DNA from: a virus
Taxonomy: Duplodnaviria > Caudoviricetes
Reading direction: 5' to 3' (one strand)
Virus record (IMG/VR): IMGVR_UViG_3300011402_000008
Coordinates: 1 to 34,658 of that record
Length of the DNA stretch: 34,658 nt
A program made the translations under genes and the position numbers. Of the stretch, positions 26,931 through 34,397 are shown piece after piece. The first letter of the stretch is position 1, and every line of letters starts with the position of its first letter. The notes under the pieces were generated by a model, which was not told the origin of the DNA, did no database searches, and saw nothing but the letters and a program-made list of their open reading frames with translations.

Positions 26931-27688
26931 GTTTTTGAGAGGCATTTACCAGTTCACCCTCTCGCGGTCTAAAACTAAACTGGGAATGTGAGGCGGGAGT
27001 ATGGCGCCTGTATTGAGCCATAACAAAGGATAGATACTCCCAAGCTGTCTGATGAGCTGGTGAAACTCCAGCGAAACGAGGTGCGGAGTTGCCAAGCTTC
27101 TCCAATCCTCGTAACAGAGAAGCGCGGCTCTTTAACTGGTTTAGCTAATCAGTGTTTGTGGCAAATTATAAAGAGCGTCGGAACCACAGTAACCGACTGA
27201 GTAGAGGCCAAACCTTGCGGTAACGTGCTGTGAGGTTCTATTCAAGAGAACTCTGGGCGTGGCTAGAGTAAGAAGCACGCAAAAATGAAAGCAGAGTTCT
27301 CCTGAGTAGTGATGGAGGATGGATGGAAAGACAACCATCCACTGCGTTTTGGGATTAACATAGATGTATATAGTCCCTCGCAAACATTCTCGCGCTCAAT
27401 TGCTAGTCTGACGCGCGGACTCATAATGACTAGCTAAAGTTCCAGTGTAATATAAAACTTACGGTGATGAAACTGGAATAAACCGTGTTTCCCCCCGGAA
27501 AACTGCACAACTGACAAAGGCATATTACTAGTATGCTCGATTCATCAGTGGAAAATGGTTTGAACACAAGAGCTATCTCTACAGTTCAGCCAAATAGTGC
27601 GCCGGAGATTCCGAGTAACCGGCATCTTCCTCGTAAACTTTACACAGTCCTGTGTGAAGCATACATCACACCCCGCAAAGGAAAAAAG
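26931..27688 (+). ncRNA. Structured non-coding RNA region (several hairpins and pseudoknots, includes the hammerhead)
   Basis: No convincing ORF; at least 12 inverted-repeat stems and several loop-loop complementarities read by eye. Confidence 0.65.
27045..27117 (+). ncRNA. Type I hammerhead ribozyme
   Basis: Stem I CUGU/ACAG; core CUGAUGA; stem II GCUGG-UGAAACU-CCAGC; GAAA; stem III (A)CGAGG/CCUCG(U); cleavage triplet GUA, cut after 27113. Confidence 0.85.
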
Positions 27689-27955
27689 ATGGACAAACCT
27701 AAGCCATTACAAAATAAAGTTGTTCCTTCTGAAGTATCTAACCATCCTAAAGATGCCAAACAGAATGTCTTTGCTATGGCATCGCATTCTGCACAACTTC
27801 TTGCTCAACAGCGTATGAAGCAAATGACTGTCCTTGCTAACTTCGGTGTTTACATGAAGTCTCGTGAGATGCGCTGTACTGGCGTAACTTACAAGCCTAA
27901 TGGAAACAGAGAAGTAGCAAGGCGCCTGCGCCAGCAAGCCAAGAAACAAGCGTAG
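27689..27955 (+). CDS. Hypothetical basic protein (likely start MDKPKP)
   Basis: AAGGA RBS before the ATG at 27689; C-terminal YKPNGNREVARRLRQ. Confidence 0.55.
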   Translation: MDKPKPLQNKVVPSEVSNHPKDAKQNVFAMASHSAQLLAQQRMKQMTVLANFGVYMKSREMRCTGVTYKPNGNREVARRLRQQAKKQA

Positions 27956-27967
27956 GAGGTCTTTCCT

Positions 27968-28252
27968 GTGGCTCGCGTTTCTGAAATCTTCAACCGTCTG
28001 GTTGAGGAAAAACATCTAGTCATCAAAACTGATGACTTCAAATCCCATGATGCTCTTCGCATACGTTTGGTCAAGCTTTATTCTCGTCATAAGAGTGTGC
28101 TGGAGGATATTGGATTTGATGATGGCACTAGCACTCTTTCTGTTTGTGCTCAGTTTGACGTTGCTACGGGACATTCTACGTTTCATATTCAACGTAGACA
28201 AACCAACCAAGTAGCTAGAGAGTTTGAAATTGTGGAGGCTCCCCGTGTCTAA
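27968..28252 (+). CDS. Hypothetical protein
   Basis: GTG start with a strong AGGAGG RBS. Confidence 0.65.
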   Translation: MARVSEIFNRLVEEKHLVIKTDDFKSHDALRIRLVKLYSRHKSVLEDIGFDDGTSTLSVCAQFDVATGHSTFHIQRRQTNQVAREFEIVEAPRV

Positions 28253-28478
28253 AACTTTTACTGGTTTTGCTGCTATAGGTAAACCTATTCCATATAGCCG
28301 TAGACAGCGTGCTTATGATGTTGCTAAAAAAGAAATGGGGGTAAAAAATCCTTTTACATTAATTGATGCAATGGCAGAAAAACTAGAAAAAGATAACCCT
28401 TTTGAAGCTATGGAAGCTGCTGAAAAATATGTTGATCTTACTGGTGCGTATCGTTTAATGGCAACATTGCTCACATGA
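28245..28478 (+). CDS. Hypothetical protein (likely GTG start at 28245)
   Basis: GGAGG RBS; coupled to both neighbours. Confidence 0.55.
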   Translation: MSKTFTGFAAIGKPIPYSRRQRAYDVAKKEMGVKNPFTLIDAMAEKLEKDNPFEAMEAAEKYVDLTGAYRLMATLLT

Positions 28479-28771
28479 AGTCCATCCTTCCTCTCGTTCT
28501 TCTCTTTACTCTTATTTCCTGTGCTACGCCAGAAACACTGCGCGATCAGTACAATGTCTCATGGGTAAAATCTCGCAAGGAAGTACCGCAAGAGAACTGG
28601 ATTTATACTGTCATGCCTAGAGATAGAATGGCATCGTTCTGTATAACCTCACAAAATCTTGCCTGTGCGTGGGTAACTCCGTACACGCAATGCGACATTT
28701 ATCTACCAATAGGATACACTCAGTATATGAAGTGGCATGAAGAACAACACTGTAAAGGGTGGACACACTAA
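28475..28771 (+). CDS. Small lipoprotein with an HExxH motif
   Basis: MK + hydrophobic stretch + LIS-C lipobox; WHEEQHC near the C-terminus. Confidence 0.6.
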   Translation: MKSILPLVLLFTLISCATPETLRDQYNVSWVKSRKEVPQENWIYTVMPRDRMASFCITSQNLACAWVTPYTQCDIYLPIGYTQYMKWHEEQHCKGWTH

Positions 28772-28959
28772 TGTACCTCACTATTGATTGCACAACTTTT
28801 GAAGTTAGACAGCATCAAAGTCTTGAGAACGAAGAAATCTCTGGATTTGTTGCAGCTGGTTGTGTAGTTCTTGAAGTAGGCGCAAATCAAGCAAACGTAG
28901 GAATTACTTTACGCCAATTTAATGAAGATGCCACAGCTTCAGAGGTGGAAGTTGGCTAG
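28759..28959 (+). CDS. Hypothetical protein
   Basis: Short ORF coupled to its neighbours; start uncertain. Confidence 0.45.
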   Translation: MDTLMYLTIDCTTFEVRQHQSLENEEISGFVAAGCVVLEVGANQANVGITLRQFNEDATASEVEVG

Positions 28960-29194
28960 ACGTTACGCTTCCATTTGGTCAGCACTGAAGAAGCATCGCA
29001 AGATCCTAATTCGTTGTCGGCCTGAAAAGATGACTACACTCATTCAGGCTGTAAAGAAGGAGAAGGCAAGAGAAGTGGCACCGCGCCGAGCACTTGAACT
29101 TCCGGTACAGGGGAAGCTAGAGATAGTTCGTAGACGCGACAAAGGCGAAGTAGAATTCAAACTCGTAGGATTTACAAGAGCGGAGAACCTCTAA
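28922..29194 (+). CDS. Hypothetical basic protein
   Basis: R/K-rich ORF in the operon; start uncertain; ends in RAENL. Confidence 0.55.
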   Translation: MKMPQLQRWKLARRYASIWSALKKHRKILIRCRPEKMTTLIQAVKKEKAREVAPRRALELPVQGKLEIVRRRDKGEVEFKLVGFTRAENL

Positions 29195-29198
29195 AGTT

Positions 29199-29447
29199 AT
29201 GATCCTTAAAAAGCTTGAAATTGAGTTACAAGAATGGGGTGAGAATAAAGGACAATACAAAGGAGAAATTTCTTTTGTAAGTGCGAATGGACAAGTTACT
29301 ACATTTCTGAATGCTCAGCAAATTCAAAAGCTTCTTCCTGTGGTAGCCGATGCAGTTGTAGCTAGTGCTAAAGAGGTTGCAAACATCCTTACTAGTCAAG
29401 TATTAGACCAAAAAAAGATTCTTAAAGTTCTCGAATCCAAAGAATAG
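29199..29447 (+). CDS. Hypothetical protein
   Basis: 82 aa; GGAG RBS. Confidence 0.6.
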   Translation: MILKKLEIELQEWGENKGQYKGEISFVSANGQVTTFLNAQQIQKLLPVVADAVVASAKEVANILTSQVLDQKKILKVLESKE

Positions 29448-29455
29448 AGGTAGTT

Positions 29456-29731
29456 ATGCCTCTTGATCCTGACAAAGTTTTCATGTTTCCTGAATCCTTC
29501 AATGAACTCAGGAAAGAACTGTGCCTCCACTGGCCTGACTTGTGGGTTGATCCTAAATGTGGTTGGGCAATGGCATTTGATATGGCTATGTTCATAGAGT
29601 TTATGAACTCCAAGCTAGGTATGCCTCTCCGTATTTCTGTAGTTGTAGAGAATGATGAGAAGTTTTGCGACCTAGTATGTACAACCTTTCTCACAACTCT
29701 GAGGAAGAAACGAGGGGAGATGAATCCATGA
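29456..29731 (+). CDS. Hypothetical protein
   Basis: 91 aa; GAGG RBS. Confidence 0.6.
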   Translation: MPLDPDKVFMFPESFNELRKELCLHWPDLWVDPKCGWAMAFDMAMFIEFMNSKLGMPLRISVVVENDEKFCDLVCTTFLTTLRKKRGEMNP

Positions 29732-30141
29732 AAATAGAAAAACATGATTGCGCTTTCTATCGTGCTGGCGTATGTAATAATTGTAAAGACCAATGTAGAT
29801 ACTCTACTCTGCCGGAAGCGCCGCAGCCTGCGACACAGCGAGGCGTGCAGGAGGTGTTCGACAACTGGAACGCCTACCTGCACCCGGTTGACCGTGAGGA
29901 CTTCAAGGCGCAGCTACTTGCATTGTCGCGGTCGGAGAAACCAGCGATACCGGAGGGGTGGAAGCTGGTGCCGCCTGAGCCTACAGAATCTATGATCGAC
30001 GAGGCAGCAGACGTATATCCGCTCTGGCCCGAGCGGCAGATCGAGAAAACGCCAATCGGAGAAATTTGCACGAAGCTGTGGAAGGCCATGCTCGCCGCCG
30101 CACCTTCGCCGGATGGCAACGAGGAGAAAACTAATGGATGA
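29728..30141 (+). CDS. Mosaic protein with an Ead/Eaa-like C-terminal module
   Basis: IPEGWKLVPPEPTESMI...WKAMLAAAP is characteristic of lambdoid Ead/Eaa-type accessory modules; likely start at 29728. Confidence 0.6.
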   Translation: MKIEKHDCAFYRAGVCNNCKDQCRYSTLPEAPQPATQRGVQEVFDNWNAYLHPVDREDFKAQLLALSRSEKPAIPEGWKLVPPEPTESMIDEAADVYPLWPERQIEKTPIGEICTKLWKAMLAAAPSPDGNEEKTNG

Positions 30142-30427
30142 AACTTCTGTACTTCCCACTCATCCAAAACTACTAGAGCTTCTTCCTAAACTAGCTGCTC
30201 TAGAAAAGTCTCTCATTACTGCTGATCCTATGATGCCTGTGCATCTAAAGGAAATTCACAAGTATCTAATCCAGTTTGAGGAACTCAGCCATTTACTTAC
30301 TGAGGATCAAATCTCTGTGATCCTCGAAGGACAGCAGAAGAAGCTTGGTGTGCTCCTTGCTGCAGAAACAACCAAGACTAAGAGCAGTACAAAGATTAAA
30401 GGCGGAGTTTCGGCGGAGGATTTATGA
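30134..30427 (+). CDS. Hypothetical protein (likely start MDETSV)
   Basis: GAGGAG RBS; helical; ends in VSAEDL. Confidence 0.65.
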   Translation: MDETSVLPTHPKLLELLPKLAALEKSLITADPMMPVHLKEIHKYLIQFEELSHLLTEDQISVILEGQQKKLGVLLAAETTKTKSSTKIKGGVSAEDL

Positions 30428-30612
30428 GCTTACAAGAGGCAATTAAAAACGCAGAAGAAATAGTATTAAAAGATATTTATGGTACTTGGCATGGGTGTAA
30501 ATTAGAAAAAGCTGAACGAGGTATGCCAATAGGTACTATTTGTGATGCGTGCAAAGAAGAAATTATTTGGAGGCTACGACAGCTATCTAAGTACCATGGG
30601 TTTCCAGAATAA
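30424..30612 (+). CDS. Hypothetical protein
   Basis: 62 aa; ATGA coupling; CxxC motif. Confidence 0.5.
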   Translation: MSLQEAIKNAEEIVLKDIYGTWHGCKLEKAERGMPIGTICDACKEEIIWRLRQLSKYHGFPE

Positions 30613-31022
30613 TGATCTCTAATCACGCGGCAGCAGTACGCCTTTTCTTTCGTGGGTACTTATCTCACACACATTTCATGTACATAGATTACATGAAGAA
30701 TGCAAAACTCTGGGCATCATTCTTGCTACCGCCAGAAGATCAACATGATCTCGAACTTCTGAAGCACTGTCCTGCTGTGTCTGCACCGGACATTTGCATG
30801 ACCTGTCTAAATACTTACGGCCCATGTGGACAGACGATGATGGGGCGCCTTCGTGAAGGGTGTCCTATCTGCAAACATACATACAGTACACAGACAGTAG
30901 GAGGATACGAGATTCAAGAATTTACAAAATTTCTCCACATATCATACCATTGGTGTGAAATCTTGCTTGCACAAGAATTTCTTTGGTTAAAAACATGGCG
31001 CTCTCAGCAGACGACTTCCTAG
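30612..31022 (+). CDS. Hypothetical Cys-rich protein
   Basis: CMTC and CPIC motifs; TAATG coupling. Confidence 0.5.
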   Translation: MISNHAAAVRLFFRGYLSHTHFMYIDYMKNAKLWASFLLPPEDQHDLELLKHCPAVSAPDICMTCLNTYGPCGQTMMGRLREGCPICKHTYSTQTVGGYEIQEFTKFLHISYHWCEILLAQEFLWLKTWRSQQTTS

Positions 31023-32062
31023 ATTCTGAGTTAGGAATTGGAGAAGAATCTCCAACATCTGAGATTGGGGCTATTGACTCATCTCCTAGTTTCGCAGCAA
31101 TCCAAGCACACAAAACAAGCAAAAAAAACTATCGTGATGCTTACATCTACATCAATGTAACCTCCAACAGTCAGTCCGATGTATTGCACAAATGCGCCCG
31201 GATGTTCCAAATAAGTAAATCACCTAGTCATCAAACTCCTGAAGGTATTTTCAACATTGACTTTGTCTTTGGTCATTCTGTTGGAGCTGGTGTTCAGGCA
31301 TACTTGGCTACTGGCTCCAAATCTCAAGCTCTTTTCGCATCGCTGCTCGCATGGAACATAGACCTAGATGCTGATGCTCCAAAAAAAGGTAAAAACTCTG
31401 TACTTGCTACACTTGCAGTTGAAAAATTTATACAGTTTTGGGAAGCAGGTTACGCAGAACATTGGGAAATAGCATTCTTTAACGGTAAACCTGCTAGTGA
31501 ACTTACATTTTGGATTGACTTCGAAAACGGATACTATCACGCAGGTCACATTGACATTGTTCTCAGACACAGGATTACCAAACGACTCATGGTTCTGGAA
31601 TTCAAGACAACAGCAATACGAACCATTGATGAGGCACAATACGGAAACTCAGGACAAGCCCTCGGATATTCTCTCATTGTTGATAGAATTGCAGAAACGC
31701 AAGAGTTGGGACAAATCTACGACGTTCTCTACCTTGCATATTCTAGTACGCAACGTACATGGAATCCCTTTGTATTCAAAAAGAATAGAACTCAGCGGCT
31801 TGAGTGGCTACAATCTAGACTCTTGGATCACGCTAATATCGGAACTTTCAGGACACTTCAATTCTTTCCAAAAAATGGAAATAGTTGTTGGTCTTTTTCC
31901 TCCAGATGTGCTCATTACGGGATGTGCGATATGAAAGCTATGCAACGTAATGACTTTCTAGTGTTTGATCCTGCCGTGCATGAAATGCCAGAAGCTATGG
32001 ACTTTAGCTTCAAGTTAAGTGAACTAGCTACTGCTGTAATGCGGGAGCCAGCTAGTGTCTAG
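30995..32062 (+). CDS. PD-(D/E)XK (RecB/Cas4-like) exonuclease
   Basis: KCAR, GHSVG, SEL, AGHIDIV, VLEFKT and QALGY motifs, plus C-terminal C..CAHYGMC cysteines. Confidence 0.8.
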   Translation: MALSADDFLDSELGIGEESPTSEIGAIDSSPSFAAIQAHKTSKKNYRDAYIYINVTSNSQSDVLHKCARMFQISKSPSHQTPEGIFNIDFVFGHSVGAGVQAYLATGSKSQALFASLLAWNIDLDADAPKKGKNSVLATLAVEKFIQFWEAGYAEHWEIAFFNGKPASELTFWIDFENGYYHAGHIDIVLRHRITKRLMVLEFKTTAIRTIDEAQYGNSGQALGYSLIVDRIAETQELGQIYDVLYLAYSSTQRTWNPFVFKKNRTQRLEWLQSRLLDHANIGTFRTLQFFPKNGNSCWSFSSRCAHYGMCDMKAMQRNDFLVFDPAVHEMPEAMDFSFKLSELATAVMREPASV

Positions 32063-32258
32063 AACAGCAGGAGACCCAGAACTTCAAAAATTGCTAGAGA
32101 AACTGGAAATTGACGATCATTTGTACTGGCCGTATCGGTTTAGTAAGATAACTCCTACTAAGCTTGTTAGGCAAATTACAACTGTAAATGCAAACTGGAA
32201 GATCAAAATCAGAACTATCATTTCCAAAACCGGACTTCACATCGTAAGGGTAGAGTAA
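32055..32258 (+). CDS. Hypothetical protein
   Basis: 67 aa, coupled between the nuclease and the ATPase. Confidence 0.5.
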   Translation: MSRTAGDPELQKLLEKLEIDDHLYWPYRFSKITPTKLVRQITTVNANWKIKIRTIISKTGLHIVRVE

Positions 32259-33184
32259 TGAACCTTGAACAATACGAGCAGAAAAAGTCACACAAGATAT
32301 GTGTGTTTGGCCGCGCCAAAGTAGGAAAAACTGTCCTCGTTTCTCAGCTCGCTAAGATTGGGAAGCTGTGGTGGTTTGATCTTGAGGATGGAATCAAGTC
32401 AGCGTTGAATCCAACCATGCTTCCGAAAGAATACTGGAAGAACATTGAAGTATTCCGTATTCCATCAATGCAAGCAATCCCAATGGGGATTGAGACATTA
32501 CTAAAAGTTATCAAAGGTAATGAATGCAAGATTTGTTGGAATCATGGCAAAGTTGATTGTGTTGTTTGCTCAAAAGATCCAAATGCAGTGATTACTCCAA
32601 TCTGCCTTCAGAAGTTTGGCCCGAATGATTGGTTAGTAATTGACTCCATCACACAACTTACGAGTGACGCCAATGCCGCAGTCCTCAAATTTATCTTCGC
32701 GTCCGCAGATACGCCAGAAAAGTTTGTTCTCGATAAAGATACCGGCGGCAAAGATTTCAAGTATCCGATGGCCGTATCGTTCATGTTGGATCGTATCTTC
32801 TCTACCGTCCAAGCTGGAAATTTTAACTGCGCGGTTATCAGCCATGAGGTCATGACAGAGAGAACGAAAGATACTGGTCATGCTCCGGGCAAGGGAGAAA
32901 ATCAACCCAGTGATAATGTGGAAATGATATTCCCTGCGGCTGGAAGTAGAAACTTTAGCAGAAATTTTGGACGCTACTTTGATATGTTGATCCATGTTGA
33001 CATAGTTAATCGGAGGCACCGTGCGTTCAGCTCCACCACCTACGACTCCCGTGTACAAACTGGATCGAGATTGGAGAAGAACATTGAAGAAGTATTGGAT
33101 GCAAAAGGCCAACCTCTCCCACCAAACGAAGCAATTGTTAAACTATTTGAAAGGAAATCAGATGAAGCAATTAAACCTGCATGA
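32258..33184 (+). CDS. AAA_24/Sak4-like ATPase (ssDNA annealing/recombination)
   Basis: GRAKVGKT Walker A, FDLEDG, LVIDSITQL and ISHE; flanked by a nuclease and an SSB-like gene. Confidence 0.75.
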   Translation: MNLEQYEQKKSHKICVFGRAKVGKTVLVSQLAKIGKLWWFDLEDGIKSALNPTMLPKEYWKNIEVFRIPSMQAIPMGIETLLKVIKGNECKICWNHGKVDCVVCSKDPNAVITPICLQKFGPNDWLVIDSITQLTSDANAAVLKFIFASADTPEKFVLDKDTGGKDFKYPMAVSFMLDRIFSTVQAGNFNCAVISHEVMTERTKDTGHAPGKGENQPSDNVEMIFPAAGSRNFSRNFGRYFDMLIHVDIVNRRHRAFSSTTYDSRVQTGSRLEKNIEEVLDAKGQPLPPNEAIVKLFERKSDEAIKPA

Positions 33185-33509
33185 AGTTTATACATACAGC
33201 AAATTTAATGAATTGTTTGGTAATACAGTTATAGCAGTAGATAAACTTCTCAAGGTAAAAGGGGGCGAATATGCAGGAGATACTGATAGACTTGCTAATT
33301 TTCGCCGTAATGCTCTTGCTCTGGGAGTCTCTGCTGAAGTAGTATGGGGGGTTTATGCAGGCAAGCATTGGGATTCTATCATGCAGTATATTAAAGATGC
33401 TGCACAGAATGAAACTCGTGAGCGTGCGGAGGATATGACTGGCCGCGCACACGATCTTATTGCATACTTAATTTTATTCATTGCTATGGAGGATGAGAAA
33501 GCTAGATAA
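33162..33509 (+). CDS. Nucleotide modification-associated domain 1 (DUF1599/Nmad1-like) protein
   Basis: K.GEYAG..DRLANF, KH.DSI and DLIAYLIL motifs; AAGGA RBS before 33162. Confidence 0.6.
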   Translation: MKQLNLHEVYTYSKFNELFGNTVIAVDKLLKVKGGEYAGDTDRLANFRRNALALGVSAEVVWGVYAGKHWDSIMQYIKDAAQNETRERAEDMTGRAHDLIAYLILFIAMEDEKAR

Positions 33510-33591
33510 CTGGATTAGCAATCCCACAGACGGTTCAATCGAACTAACGAACTAACTTACCTAACTATCTAACTTCAAGGAACGAACTACC

Positions 33592-34056
33592 ATGTCAGAT
33601 GAAATGAAGGTAATCCCCATCGACGATCTGATGGACGCAAGCATTGATGATCTTGCAGATATGCCGAAGTTTGAACTGCCGCCGAAAGGTCACTACCAGT
33701 TCGTAGTTTCTTTGGCGCGTAAGACTGTCAATGAGAAAAAGAATGTCGAAGCAACCCTCGTTGTGGATCAGACGCTGGAACTGGCTGACGCCGCGAAAGA
33801 CCAACCTGTTGAAGTAGGCAGCAAGTTTTCTGCTCTGTTCAATATGGAAAACGAGTGGGGCCAGGCGAGCTTCAAAGAGTTTGTCCTGCCTATCGCTAAG
33901 GCGCTTGGATACAAGAGTGTTGGTGAAGCAATTGAGAAGTGTCAAAACGTGAAGGTAGCTGCTGTGCTCAAACATAGGGTTCACAAGGACGATCGTGATA
34001 AGCCTCTGGATGAGCAACGCCGTTATCCTAACTTGCAAGACATTACGCCTCTGTAA
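33592..34056 (+). CDS. Putative ssDNA-binding protein (DUF669-like)
   Basis: FELPPKGHY N-terminal motif and RYPNL C-terminal motif; follows the Sak4-like ATPase. Confidence 0.6.
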   Translation: MSDEMKVIPIDDLMDASIDDLADMPKFELPPKGHYQFVVSLARKTVNEKKNVEATLVVDQTLELADAAKDQPVEVGSKFSALFNMENEWGQASFKEFVLPIAKALGYKSVGEAIEKCQNVKVAAVLKHRVHKDDRDKPLDEQRRYPNLQDITPL

Positions 34057-34064
34057 GGTATGAT

Positions 34065-34397
34065 GTGATGGAATCCTGCGCCGGGGTATTACGAGTTCCT
34101 CGGCGCAGGGCTATTCCAAACTGGCGAAGGAAACAACGTGCAAGAGAGATTGTGTGTAACTACGATGTTTATTTATTCCCCCACAGATTTGGTGGAGGTA
34201 AGTGTAACTTTCAACAATTCTGTGAAGGGGTTTACTTTCGAGGAAGTAGAGAATGTGTTAAGTGCAGCCTTAATACAGGTTCGGAATGCGAAGTTGTTAG
34301 CGGAACAGAGCGGCCCCAAGAATGCCCTGCACTTCAGAGTTTTGCAAATTCCCATGAAATAAATTTATGGCCACGAAAAAAGAAGGCCGTGCGGTAG
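34065..34397 (+). CDS. Hypothetical Cys-rich protein
   Basis: YLFPHRFGGGKC plus several further Cys residues. Confidence 0.5.
   Translation: MMESCAGVLRVPRRRAIPNWRRKQRAREIVCNYDVYLFPHRFGGGKCNFQQFCEGVYFRGSRECVKCSLNTGSECEVVSGTERPQECPALQSFANSHEINLWPRKKKAVR

Noticed and set aside
27035-27048. Twister-like UCCCAAGC
   Set aside because: No enclosing P4 stem or other twister elements; the bases are already used by an adjacent stem and hammerhead stem I
27256-27300. Pistol-ribozyme-like start (GCGUGG...CACGC-AAAAAUG)
   Set aside because: The loop is too long, and the downstream pseudoknot partner and conserved pistol elements are missing
26931-27688. tRNA or tmRNA genes in the non-coding region
   Set aside because: No GTTCRA T-loop in a cloverleaf context, no acceptor stem with CCA, and no tag reading frame found
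27533-27688. N-terminal extension of the 140-aa ORF
   Set aside because: No RBS at 27533, the segment is occupied by hairpins, and a good RBS precedes the ATG at 27689
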